Shown: piece by piece, positions 1 through 12,988 of the stretch
Layout of the letters: every line of letters starts with the position of its first letter
Position numbering within the stretch: position 1 is the stretch's first letter
Assembly: GCF_018350175.1 (NCBI RefSeq)
Contig: NC_058368.1
Span: 200,076,001-200,140,000 of the forward strand
DNA from: Felis catus
Taxonomy: Eukaryota
Direction of reading: 5' to 3'
DNA: 64,000 nt
The notes under the pieces: generated by a model
What the model was told of the DNA's origin: nothing
Databases searched by the model: none
What the model saw: the letters and a program-made list of their open reading frames with translations, nothing else
Position numbers and translations under genes: made by a program

Positions 1-699
1 GAAAATGGGGGAAGAGCATTCACTAGTTCAATTATGAATTATTTCAAAGGTCAGAGCACAAGAGCACAAACTACACTAGTGCCTTTCAGAGAATGGAAAG
101 TGATGAACATCTATTTGATGAAATAAATATTGTAATGAGGAGAGCAAAAATAGCCAAAAAGCTATAGCAAACATTTTTTGAATAAATGAGTGATAAGGCG
201 ATGTTAAATGTCTTCTATGATTTCTTGATCTTGTATATTTAAAAAATACTGTAACATAAAAATGATTAGAGAATGGACTGTGCATAGATATTGGTTCATT
301 TATTTACATTGAAATTAAGTACATTACGTGCAGTCCATACAGAGGCAAGATTATTTCCATACATTCTAACTCCACCCTCTTCTTTTTCTGAAATGAGGTT
401 AAAGATAGAAGTTGTCTTTTGGATTTTGGCTCATGACCCTTCCTAGTGATCGTCTGTCAAGCTGCTTTACTGGCTGCACAATCCAAAGCTGGGAACTATG
501 GCAGCCATAGACAGGCTAACAGAATGCATAGTTAATATTTAAATGTCTGGCTGGGTACAAATCCTGGTCCTGGAATGTCTTAAGAGTTCTTTGTAAGACT
601 AACGATGATCCAGAGATCCTTTGATCCTTTATTATCTTCAGAATCTGTTTTTATCTGGACACGTACAGTTCTCATGAAATTCCCCAAAAGGTTAATCGC

Positions 700-1724
700 T
701 ATTATTATCTGTTTTGATTCTAGTCATCCTAGTGGTGTAAAGTAGTATCTCATTCTGGTTTTGATTTATGATTTCTTATTGACTAATGATGTTGAACATC
801 TTATTGTGTGCTTATTGGGCATCTGTATATTTTCTTGGAGTAATGTCTATTTAAGTCTTTGGCCCACTTTTAAATTGAGTTTTATTTTTATTGTTTAGTT
901 GTAAGAATTCTTTATATTTTGGGTACTAGTCCTATATCACAGATGTGATTTACAATTATTTTCTTCCATTCTATGAGTTGCCTTTTCACTATCTTGATAG
1001 TCTCCTTTGAAGCACAAAAGTTTGTGATTTTGATGAAGACCAATTTACCTATTTTCCTTTGGTTGTTGGGCTTGTAGTGTAATATTAAAAAAAACCCTGG
1101 TGATTCAGTCATGTAGATTTATGTTTTATTCTAAGAGTTTTATAGTTTTAACTCTTTTGTTTAAGGCTATGATTCATTTTGAGTTATTTTTTGTATATGG
1201 TGTGAGGTACAGCTTCATTCTTTAAAATGTGGATATCCAGTTTTCCCAGCACTATTTGTTGTAAAGACTATTTTCCCCCTATGAATGGTCTTGACAATCT
1301 TATTGAAAATTAATTGACCATACATGTATGGGTTTATTTCTGGATGCTTAATTTTGTTCCATTGGTCTCTATATGTTTGTCCTTATCACACTATCTTGAT
1401 TACTGTAGATTTGTATTAAGTTTAGAAATCAGGAAGTTTCTAAAAAGTCTTCCCTTGTATTATTTTTCAGATTGGTTTGGCTATTCTGGATCCCTTGCCT
1501 TTCCATATTAATTTTAGGATCAATTTGCTCATTTATGCAAAAACAAAAACAAAAACAAAAACAAAAAACAGCTGGGATTTTTATAGGGCTGGTATTGCAT
1601 TTGTAGATCAATTTGGGAAGTATTGCTATCCTACCAATACAAAGTGTTAACAATCCATCAACATAGGATGTCTTTCCATATTTTATATCTTCATTAATTA
1701 CTTTCAGCAATGTTTTGTAGTTTC
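700..1724 (-). mobile_element. Old LINE-1 (L1MA/L1MB-like) ORF2 3' fragment
   Basis: The minus-strand ORF 1429..1710 contains L1 ORF2-like text (AILPKLIYKCNTSPIKIP ~ [18 protein letters not shown]). DNA motifs such as gatatccagttttcccagcactatttgttg are typical antisense L1. A (CAAAAA)n expansion lies at 1538-1569. Confidence 0.85.
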
Positions 1725-3424
1725 TCCTTCTTGAATTCTTCTATACCACTGCCCTTATGGCCAACTTCAGAACATGCTGCTGCTTGTCCTGAGAATGTAA
1801 AAATTATTCATCTGTTATATAATCAGTTTTGGGGTCTAATAGTAGTGGTGGAAGAAGTGCAGGTGTTGAGAAGCTGAACAGAGAAATGGTGAAAAGAAAA
1901 GGAAATTTCAGGTAAAAACCAAGAGATAGGACAAGGAATTCTACTTATGATGGAAACAACTTAAGTGGTTCATGAATAAATAATTCATGACAATCTTAAC
2001 TGCTTGAAAGTAACATGTTCTTGAACCAACAACCATCCATTTTATACAATCACTCTTGGAAATTAAAGGCAATGATAACACTGGCATTGCTCAGATACTT
2101 TATTAAACTTTTTGTTTCAGAACTGCATTCAGGGACCCTGGTATGGTCCTAGGAATGCTTTCATGGTGGTTGTGTCTTTTTAATATCATTACTACTTTAT
2201 TAAAAGAAATGAAATGTAATTATAATGTAACAATGTTACTTTCTTAATGGACATTGGAAATTGTAGTTATGATTTCTTGAGGGATGAATTTGTGTTTGGT
2301 TCTAGGGATATTTTTTCCTCTCCAGTTCCTAGAAAGTGGACAGGCTCTTCTTATTCTTTTGTTCTAGGAGAACAAATTCCTCACTGAACACAATTTCCTG
2401 TGCACAAACTCTTTTTTTAGCTTTGGTATATTTGTGTTTTCTGAAAGCATGGGCTACTTAATGATATCAAAGGGTACTGGTGATGAAGAGGCAGGAGAAA
2501 GAACTAGAAGAATGTTCTAGAAGCAGGAGAAAGAACAAAGAATGGATGAAAAGTTCAGATTTTTCTGGGAGTTGGGACCTATGATCTATGTAACTAACGG
2601 TGACCCAGAGAGTTGGCCAAGTCCTCTCTGATATCAGAAGAAGGGGTAGTTTCACAGTGTGCATATGGAGACTGGATCATGGATATTGGTGATTCCAGTC
2701 TTGGTCAAGATTCTTGTGCCCAGTGAAAACACAGAGATGTTGGATATTGAGGGACCATGAGTGTTTGGACAAAGATAGTATGGTTATAAGTATGCTCCAA
2801 AGACCTGAGAAAGCCTACAAATATTTGTTCTATGTAGGATTTCTAAGTTCTACATATGATTGTGGTAGGCAGTAGGGAACGGTATGGGAAGAAACCTCCA
2901 ATAATAACTAATGTTGATTTTCACATCAGCCCATACAGGTAGGTATTCCAGTTAGAATTTTGTCTTGTGACTTTATTTTCTTTAAATTTAATTAGAATTG
3001 ATTAGAATTAATTAAATCTAAATAAAGTCATGAGACATTTTTGGCATACCTGAGTACTTCAGAGAATAAGATTTACCCTTGGAATACGATTTCTGATATG
3101 TTCCAATGTAGGATCTCCTCAATTATACTGAACTACTTATTGTGAAATAAAACAGCTCCTTCAGAGGAAGACTTTGAAGTGCAAACTTCATTTAGATATA
3201 ACTTTTCAATAATGCATCATTAATCTATAATGGATGTGGGGACAGGACTACACGTAGTTTAGAGTGTGGTGCAGTGTGAGAGACGTTGGTGAGTAAGGGT
3301 CATGATTCCTTTAGGTCTGGCTTTCCTGCTATGTGAAGCCACACAAAGTTGTTCTCGGACACAGAACATGCAAATTGTGATTATTTTTCCTTGTTTTTAT
3401 CACTTAAGGCAAAAATTAACTTCA

Positions 3425-3625
3425 GGGGCACCTGGGTGGTTCAGTTGGTTAAGCGTCTGACTTCAGCTCAGGTCATGATCTCATGCTTTGTAAGTTCGAG
3501 CTCTGCATTGGGCTTTGTGCTGACAGCTCAGACCCTGGAGCCTATTTCGGATTCTCTATCTCCCTCTCTGTCTCTGCCCCTCCTCCACTTACACTCTCTC
3601 TCTCAAAAATAAACATGAAAAAAAA
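3425..3625 (+). mobile_element. CanSINE (SINEC_Fc-type)
   Basis: GGGGCACCTGGGTGGTTCAG head, GTTCGAGC B-box, (CT)n tract and AATAAA/A-tail. Degenerate TSD aaaaattaacttca / aaaaataatttca. Confidence 0.95.
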
Positions 3626-4104
3626 TAATTTCAGATAGTTTTATATAATATATAATATTTTCAAATATTACATTGATATGAATATAATAAATATCACAGG
3701 TGAATAGAAAAATGATTACTGTTATGCCTCTTAGTCTTGGCCTTTTAAATCTATCTAATCTACCCATACCTCAGGCCACAGGGAGCACATAAAGGACAAG
3801 GGCAGGTAATAGGTTGACACTGAGGTATTTCCTCATAGGCTCTCTGACTTGCTTACTTATCCTGGTGCTTTCTGGTCTCTTCTCACTGGATCTTGAGTGC
3901 TTTTGCTTTTTAATTTTGTCCCATGTATCAGTTTTAGGCCCTCCTCTTTGATTTTTATATTTGATGTTTGATAGATGAAATCCTGTGCTGTTGGACTCTT
4001 TTCCTTTCTCAATTCACTTGATTCAAAAATTCACATTTTTCTTAGCTTTTAATGTTTTCATCAAGGATACAAGCTCTACTAGTTTTGGTACCTAAGTCCT
4101 CATA

Positions 4105-4195
4105 CTATCTTCTGGGCTGTGGAACAATACATTTCTGTTATTTAAGCCCCCATTTTGTGGGGGTTTATAATGGCAACCCTGGCAAACGAATATAT
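4105..4195 (+). mobile_element. MaLR MLT1-type LTR 3' fragment
   Basis: ctgtggaacaatacatttctgttatttaagcc...atggcaaccctggcaaacgaatata resembles the MLT1 LTR 3' end. Confidence 0.55.
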
Positions 4196-4369
4196 ATTCT
4201 TAACCATGAAATCTGTATTCCTAATTAAAAGACCACTGCTCTTTTTCAAAATTATATTTTGACCTTGAGTGGCTGTGTCTTGTGTGACAGAATTTTATAC
4301 ATTTTTTGACCATTCAATTTGGATAATGAATACTTTACCACTTTTGTATATTTTAAAATAGCAACCAGT

Positions 4370-4529
4370 GGGGTGCCTGCATGGCTCAGTTGGTTAAGCC
4401 TTCAACTTCAGCTCATGATTTCGTGGGTTCGTGGGTTCAAGCCCCGTGTAGGGCTCTGTGCTAACAGCTCAGAGCCTGGAGCCTACTTTGAATTCTGTGT
4501 CTCCTCCTCTCTCTACCCTTCCCCCCCTA

Positions 4530-4590
<61 letters not shown>

Positions 4591-4623
4591 TCTCAAAAAT
4601 AAATAAACATGAACAAAAATTTT
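4370..4623 (+). mobile_element. CanSINE (SINEC_Fc-type) with long (CT)n
   Basis: SINE head and body, (CT)n ~4535-4594 and A-tail. TSD aaatagcaaccag on both sides. Confidence 0.95.
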
Positions 4624-7289
4624 AAATAGCAACCAGAGTGACATATATGGAGTATGGAATTGCCCTCTTTCATAAGCTCCACTCCCACCATACACAAAGT
4701 GCTTAGCAAATTAAATTCACAGAAATACCACCTCAAACTACTTTTATTCTCATTTCCCTTTATTAGAGGTTTGACCTTGACTTTACCCTGGTTTGCATTT
4801 CTTAAAAGGGAGAAAATCTGGCATTGCTGCCAGTTATATTTGGCCGTTTGCATGTTGAGTCTGTCTCATAACTTCCTTCCTCTCTTCCTCCCCATTCCTT
4901 TCAGTTAATTCAGCTATAGCTTATTAACTATGATTTCTGCAATCTTAGTACATTTTCCTGTATATTTTCAACTACTCCTAAGGAACCCATGTTAACTAGG
5001 CACCATGCTACTAGGCACTGGAAATAGAAGAGTCAACAAGGGTAGGGGGGTACTTGTAAAGGACCGTTTGGCATATATGTAGAGGTTGACAAGAGTTAAA
5101 ATATAACATTTTTGTGTTATGAATTTCTGTACTATCTTCTTTTTGCTGTAAAACTATCATAGCAACTTTAATAATGCCCCAACCCAGACATGATTACATA
5201 TCTCCTACACATATACCAAAGGGATCCTGATATTCTAGGTATATAAAAATGTGGAATCAAGGTTTCTTCCAGGCGAATATCTCTATCTCTAGTATGTTGG
5301 CAACCCAAGGAATTTCTTTTCTTTTTAAATTGTTTTTATTATTTTTTCCAAGTAATAAATGCACATGGTTTAAGAAATCATATAAAGCTAAAGTTTCTGG
5401 TTGAAAAGCTGTCATCCTTTCTGTTACCCCACCCACTCTACCCAATGCTCCAGAAGCAACAACTTTCAACTCCTATAATTCTTTCCCCATGCTACTTTTT
5501 CTATATTTATAAATATATTCCTAACTGATACATTAATTTTAGGTATGATTTATTGACTTCCTCTTACAGTGGTTATGAATTTCATCCTTCCCAGCACTCC
5601 CTGTTATCATCACACCCTTGCTTCATTTCTCTTCAGCCTCCTAACATAGTTTTACTACACGCTTTAGTAAACAGGCATGTTAACATCGTTGTGATTATGT
5701 AAATAATAACCACTGCTGTTCTAATTTCTTTTTTCAGACAACTTTTGGCTTTTCCTATAATTAATAATTGCTTATTTGAAAGATCCCTCTGTTTAGCGTG
5801 TGGACTTTAAATCATCCCCTTGTTTTCAGCCTGGTGTCTCTCCAAGGGCTTTGCTTGCCCTGATGCCCAGTGGTCCTACCCCTGACCCCTAAGGGTTCTG
5901 CAGAGTGACCTAACTTTCTTTGAGGCTTCACCCTTGCAGATACTTAGTTTATCATGTCCTCTGCTCTATCCAGTCAGTAACCAGGGCTATATCTACTTGG
6001 TAGCATCAATACTGTTTCTTCTACATTATAATTTTAAAAAGGTTTAGGAAAGAGAAGAAATGTAACATGCATATTTAGAAGTTCAAAATTCCTCTCAATA
6101 AATTATATATTTCTCTCCTGTGGACTTGAGAGTAACAGGCTTCTTTCCCCAACCTACCCCCAAGGAAGGCTGATTCATTCTCATCTCAAGCATCTGATAA
6201 AATAGTCCACTATTTTCCTTCTTCACTTTCTCTGTATCTCTCCCTCTCTCCTAACCTCTTCCATTTTACCAGCGACCCTTAGCTTGAGGGGAAAATGCCA
6301 AATGGTATAAGGTTGTCCAATGGATACATATTCTTCCACATATGAATTGCACTTACTTTAACACAAAATTAGAGTCCATCATCTACATGATAATAACTTT
6401 CCTTAGCTCAATACATCTGTGACACATGAAATATTTTCTGTTGATAAAGCAGAGAAATTACCTCAGGAAGAGAAAGGGCTTTCAAAGTTCAGAGTGTGGA
6501 GGGATTAATTTATCATCTCACTTCATTCTTACCAATGGCCTGAATTTATATATCAAAATATGTGAATAATTAAATGAGACACCTATTTTAGCCCAGGTGC
6601 TATAAGAGTAGAGATGGAGACTAAACTGGTAATCTTCTGTAAAATTTAACTTACTGACAGACATGGCAGCCTTCTGCAGTTGATATTCCCAGATTGCTTC
6701 ATCTGTAATTTCATTGATGGCTTGGTATGTATTTCACATATCAGTGTTCTGTTAAGTAAAATACAGGAAAATAAACTTGTGATGGGATAGTGTTGGTTCA
6801 TAATTCATTATTAATGGAAAAAGAAATAGCATCAAGACCACTAGGATTCATGCTCTGAGTATTTTGAGACATGTTGGCTTTAGGAGGACAAGGACAATAT
6901 TTTTCTTATTCATAACATAGGGCTTGAGAGATATTATTCCAAAGATTCCCCCAAAGTATTCCACCACTGGAACTGACTGATTTAACCCAGGCAGGAAGCA
7001 GTCTCTAATAGCTGCCTTCTGGACCACTCTGATTCCACTTTCTAGGAGAGCAAGATTATATCATCTAGAAGTTGCCCTGCCTCATGTATATGCAGGGAAT
7101 GAAAAGATCCATGATATTCCTACACGCATTTTCTGTTGTAAATACATCTTATCTGAGAGAAAAAGCATGTTGTTTATGTTAAGATGCAATGTTGGGCAAA
7201 GCAGACATAAGATCTTACACATGTAAGCTGTCACAGTATCCCAAATGTCTAGCATAGAATGGATTCTCAACAATTATCTGATAATTGGC

Positions 7290-7760
7290 ATTGTGTCTTT
7301 GCCATAATAGAATTTATAGTCCAGCTGGAAAATAAAGCATATAACAAGAAATTATGAGTACAGAGGAAAAGGGGGCACTTAACCCAAATTTGGGGAGTCA
7401 GTGAAGAGCTCTTAAGAAAATGATGTCAGTGAGAACTGAGGATAAGTGGGATGTATCTATGTGGGTAATAGAGAGAATATGGGGGGAGGGGAACATTGAA
7501 GCTGGGATTGTTCCAGCAAGAAGGAATAGCATGAGCCAAGGCTTGGAGAAGAGACAGAATTTGGAAAGAAATAGATTATGACTGGCCAGTAGAATGAGTG
7601 GAGTGATTAAAAATAAAGAAGAGGAGGCCTAAAGAATAAAATAAAGAAGAGGAGGAAGAGGCATAAAATCTGCATTTAAGAGTTTGAGTTTTATTCTGAA
7701 AGCCATGGCAACCATTAAAGAGTTTTAAGCCAGGGAGTGACAGAACCTAGTATGTTAGCT
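7290..7760 (-). mobile_element. L2 fragment
   Basis: Antisense L2-like motifs: aagaaggaatagcatgagccaaggcttggag and gagttttattctgaaagccatggcaaccattaaagagttttaagccagggagtgac. Confidence 0.6.
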
Positions 7761-8544
7761 GGCATGATATTCTCATAGAGATTTGGATTCTTGAATTCAG
7801 TGGAAAGGCTGAAGGGCAAAAACATCATTCCTTTCCTTGGCCATATTCCAAGGTATATTTTTGAATACTGGCAAACTGAAATTCATACCTCCTACCAAAA
7901 CCAAAATAACTCCTTGGATCTGATCCTGGATATTCTTAATTACTCTCCAGATTTGTGTAAAATTGACAACCGGTACTTATTAAGGTGGAATCCATTCTCA
8001 AGACTCCTGGATGTCAGGGCCTATCAAAGGAGTTGCTCAAGCTCAAAATGTTATTTCTCTTTCCAGCTGTCCCCAACAACGTGTGTACAACAATTCCTAA
8101 TCTTCTGGGGGTTGAAATTTCTTACAAAAATCCATGCTGGATGGATTTAATACACAAATTAGGATATATAATTTCAATAAGACAGTATCCCAAATTGATC
8201 TTTATTCTTTTCCAGGATCACCAGAACTTTGTGGCAGGATATTTTGTTCTACCCACCAGGTTGATGAAGTAGGTCCCTGAGCTCTTCTCTGGTACGATTG
8301 AACCTGGTGATTATATCATAAGAGTTTATTGTACTGTTTTCCCATTCTTTCCCATCAAGCATGTGTTCATTAGTGCTGGCACAGCATTGCCTATCGTTCT
8401 CCTAACAGTGAAAACCTACCATGCAGCAGTGCCAAGTTGGCTCCCATGGTGTTTCCTTCCTGAGTACTCTGTGTAATGACTCTGACTTTCTTTGGCCCCC
8501 TATTTCTGCCTCTAGTATCCCTGGACTCTGGTAATAGAATCCAG

Positions 8545-8770
8545 TGATGGAAGAAGCATAGAAAAATCTTGGTAATCAGATGGACCTGGGTTTAAATCTT
8601 GATTTTATTATCTACTCATTATATTACCAGGGGCATCATATCAATTTTCTCAGCTTCATGGTCTTCTTATAAAACAATATACAAGATTGTTGTAAGGATG
8701 AAACGAGACGATTATGAATCAAGTACCTAGCCCAATGCTTGGTACATTTAATGCTAATAAATGGCAGATG
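8545..8770 (+). mobile_element. MIR
   Basis: MIR core motifs gacctgggtttaaatc, attgttgtaaggatgaaacgaga and cctagcccaatgcttggtaca. Confidence 0.65.
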
Positions 8771-11365
8771 CTGCTACATTCATGAACAAAGTGTAAACTT
8801 TTGGCATTTGCCATTATGAAAACCAAGTCTGGGCTTCAAAATTAGCCAGCACTTCAGCCTAGAGGAACATATACAAATCATATGCAGATGTAGCCTTTAC
8901 CCCGGGGAAAATCCCAAAAGACAGTTGCTTTATGTCATCAACAAGAAAATGCCACAGGGATTGAAGAAGGAATGGTCAATGTGAGACTTGACATATTGTT
9001 TCATATTACTGATACTTAGTTTCCTCATTTGTAAAATTAATATTTTAGATTAAATGACTTCTAAGTAGTTTCAAATCCATATTTCTCAAGTGCCAGGGAT
9101 ATGTTTTAACCATATTGTAATTTTTAGGGTTGAGACCATTAAACATCTATGTACAGCTAAGAAAACAGTTGTACAGTGTTGTGTGTGTGTGGCGAGGTGG
9201 TATCCAGAGTCCATAAAATTCAAAGATATTTATTTTTGGTTCTTTACGTTGTCCAAAAATTTCAATCCCAATCACCAGAAGGATTTTACTGCTTCTGCTT
9301 ACTTCTACTACTATCCATGTTTATGATGACTTGACTTTGCCTTTTTCCTCAACAGTCTTGTATAAATCTGCCATATTTTTTTATGGGTATAAGTAATTCA
9401 AGTGGTTGGTATAATTCATGTGTGTGTGTGGTGTTAGAGACAGACCCTTTGACTTCAAGAGTTGGCCTTGATTTTAGGGAGATCACGAAAGTCTCTGCTT
9501 ATTCAAAATTTATCTCTCACTAACTCCACATGGATTTTTTAAAATGTCTTAAAGAGAGTGTCTCTTAGAAATATTATCAAACCCCATGACGTCAACTGCC
9601 ACCTATATATTAGTAACTACCCAAACAATACTTCTAGCCCTCCAGAGAAAGCCTTGTCTCAAAAACACGTCTTTCAAAGGAAACCAGTGCATTCAGCAGA
9701 CTACTAGCAAGGCAAGGGGACTGATTTTTTTCTTCATTTATTCTGAGTGTAATTTGTTCCCTCATTGTTTTGAGTCGTTTATTTAATTGGAAGTGGCATC
9801 TTCTCTTCTACAGTCATTTTTTGTTTTGGCAGACAGCTAGTGGGAAGCATGGTGGGGGGTGTGAGGTATGGGGAGGTCTTTTTTGGCATGAATTGAAGGT
9901 CAGGCTAGATATTGTTAGGAAACGAAACAGCAATAAAATAAGCAGAATATGCACATAGGAATGTATTTATAATTAGGAAAGTTGGAAAGTACCTGGATTA
10001 TTGCTGTCTGATAATTTTGTCTCACATTTAATGGTTAAAGAACATCACTATAGCAGACTCCTGGTTATGCTATATATGTATTTTTGAGACAGAAACATAT
10101 ATACGAACAAGTTTGAGTATTCTGATCAAATTGCCTACAAAAAATTGATTTAAAAAAACCCCACTAGTCAGTTAAATAATTACCTTTACTGTCTTTTTAC
10201 TAGCTTGATATTTGTTTTTCCTAAAGAATAAATAAAAACAACTAAACTGGTTTATGCAAAAAAAAAAAGCCTCAATTTATTAGTGTGTGTAGCCCCCAGT
10301 TCTTAAAGCTGAATTCTAATTTATCTCGAGGTTCAATGTTAACATTCCTGCCAGGTTTACATATATTTCTCCTAGAAGACTCATATCTTAGTGGATCTCA
10401 GCTTCTGTCACTAGTAACTTCAATAGTCAGAGATTTATCAGGGAAATATAGGAAAAGTGGCAGGGGAGACAAAGCTCAAGTTTAGAGTAGAATCTATAAG
10501 AAAAGGAAAGGATATTGTGAAGCTGAGGAGAGAAAGCATGAGAAAGTCTGTGTGGGGGTCAGGGTGGAGGATAATTCGAAAGCAGGTGGTGGGCATGAGG
10601 CTGAGTCACAGGTAAGGACGCTGTAGGTATTTAAGACTGACAACTTGTTAGCAGAGCCAGAATAATGGGGGGTAGACAAAACTGATGATCAAAAACACGA
10701 GGTTGTAGTTGAGTAAGAGGAACAAGAGAATAGGTGAAAAACAGAGGTTAGGTCCAGGTCACCTTTAGAAAAATTATCAGGGGAACAGCAGCAGACAAAT
10801 GCCCAAGAGATAAGAAAGCTTTAAAACAAAGGGAGAGTCTATTCAGCAGGAAATCTCCTCTTTTCTTGCTGAGCAGGAAACAGATGATATAATTTACAGA
10901 GCAAGAGCATCCCAAAGCCTTGAGGGCTAACATCAATGCCAGATCCCAAGAGTGGGAGAGGGGGTCGGAGGGGCAGAAGGTCCTTCTGAGATCCTCAAAT
11001 TAAATCAGTCATTTTTAAGCATGTATTGACTTTGTAATTCTATTTTCTGAAGAAAAATTGGTCATTGGTGGCTTGGCATTATGATATAAAGTCTGACGAT
11101 AGAAGTATTTAACATTAGCACTATCTCAGAATATCCAGGCCAAACAGTTTCCATAGTTACTCTGGATTGGAAAAAGGGTGGGGGGGGGCGGAGAGAAGAA
11201 TGATTTTATATAGCATAAAGAATTATAAATATAAGCTTCAGTTTCCCACAAAAGTGATTAATGTGATTCAGGCTCCAACAACAACATAAAAAAGTGTAAC
11301 ACTGAAATGCTTGGGTAGGCCATTGTGGCCATAAAAAAAATATACTTTATTAGTCTAGTAATTTA

Positions 11366-11447
11366 CTTTTTATTTTATTTTATTTTATTTTATTTTATTT
11401 TATTTTATTATTTTATTTATTTTATTTTATACTTTTATTTATTTTAT
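11366..11447. repeat. (TTTTA)n simple repeat
   Basis: Imperfect pentanucleotide run, directly visible. Confidence 0.9.
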
Positions 11448-12312
11448 AGAAAATATCTATCTTTGAGTACTCAATGGATCATAGATCAGTAAAATAAAAA
11501 CCAGTAAGATTCAAAATTAAACATACATGGAAGAGTCATTTTTGATTCCTAAAAAAGTAGATTTGTCTGAGGCAAATTAATACATCTTAACTCTGCTGGA
11601 GGAGAAAAGGAACTCATGAGGCCAGGGTTGAAAGGGAAAATCTATTCCAAGCAGTAAAACAAGATGGTCTTCTGGGTTTTTTTTTTGATTTTCAGTCAAT
11701 AATGTACTGAGATTCTCACAAATATAAATGCATGGAAGCAGTCCATTGTACTTCAGGGGGTTTTACTAGCCAACTCTAAGGTCGTAGAGCAGTTACAAAA
11801 TTTAGAAAGATGAGAGCTATCAGAAGTGAGATATAGGACTGTCCAATTTTGTGTGTGTGATCTTAATTATTTGGAGATAACTTTAAAAATCCTATTTCTA
11901 AAAATTTCCATTCAAATTAAATCAATAAATGTATTTAAAACTCAGTCTGCTGATTTGGACAAGTAGCATACAATTCCCCTCTAAAACATGTACTTACTAA
12001 AAATGTATGCTTAGATAGCTTGTTTTTATAGAATGTTAAGAAATAATGGCTTTCAAAGTACAGTATTTCCTTGGATCTTTGAAGGCCATAATCTGATGAG
12101 TTTAGCAAAATTTCTGGCTTCAACAAGGAGAAAGCCTGCTAGTAATTGCACAGGTTGCTGGAAAAACCTTGAATTTTATCCTTTACCCAAGCACAAGCAA
12201 CAATACTTGTGCTTGTTCCTTTTTTAGGAGGGGAGGGGAACCAAGATGTTTTGCATTCACCAACACAACCTACACAGACAGCACATGAACAGAAATTCCT
12301 ATAGCAATTTCT

Positions 12313-12384
12313 TATTTTTTTTTTAAAGTTTATGTTGAGGGAGGGAGGAAGGGAGAGAAGAGAGAGAGAGAGAGGGAGGGAGGG

Positions 12385-12431
<47 letters not shown>

Positions 12432-12520
12432 GTGGGGCTCAATCCCTTGAACTGTGAGGTCATGACCTGAGCTGAAATCAACAGTTGGATGCTTAACCAA
12501 CTGAGCCACCCAGGCGCCCC
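12313..12520 (-). mobile_element. CanSINE
   Basis: Antisense SINE ending ctgagccacccaggcgcccc with a (GA)n tract. TSD tcctatagcaatttct / tcctacagcaatttct. Confidence 0.95.
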
Positions 12521-12540
12521 TCCTACAGCAATTTCTAATG

Positions 12541-12730
12541 CAGTGTTTCTCAAGGTGAGATTTAGGGCCCACATGTTTTGTAATCAGCCTAGACGCTAAT
12601 GAAAAAATGTGGATCCCCGGGCCTCATTCTCAGATAATGAAATAGCATCCCTAGTGATTCCTAGTGGGAATCAAAATTCCCAACCAGCTCCCCAAGTGAT
12701 TTTAATGCACTCTAAATAAGAGAGCTTCTG
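12541..12730. mobile_element. hAT-Charlie MITE (MER5-like)
   Basis: cagtgtttctcaa terminus plus internal MER5-like motifs (ccagctccccaagtgattttaatgcac). Confidence 0.55.
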
Positions 12731-12774
12731 TTAGTGGCTCTTTTGCTCACTCTTTTGACAAATACCTTGCTTAC

Positions 12775-12988
12775 CTTAATTATCATGGATCTGGGGAAAA
12801 GAACAAACTTTTCCTGTAAACCCTTATGGTAATCTGAACCTGTAACAATTGCAGCCACCCGGTGAAGACCTAGTATAATCCGAGATGCTCTCTCTGATGG
12901 AGTTTTGCAGTCTCGAGTTGAAGATTAAGTTGCTGTTCCATTATTTTGAGACTTTATAATATTCCTTTTCATAGTTTTTACTATCTGA
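12775..12988 (-). other. Candidate non-coding exon (splice signals only)
   Basis: Minus-strand acceptor tctttttctcacag| and donor AAG|gtaagc, 214 nt apart, in non-repeat sequence with 3 retained CpGs. No frame reads through without a stop. Confidence 0.25.

Noticed and set aside
7791..8272. Overlapping 119-aa and 95-aa ORFs with pyrimidine-AG acceptor-like sites
   Set aside because: No recognisable homology and no convincing paired donor.
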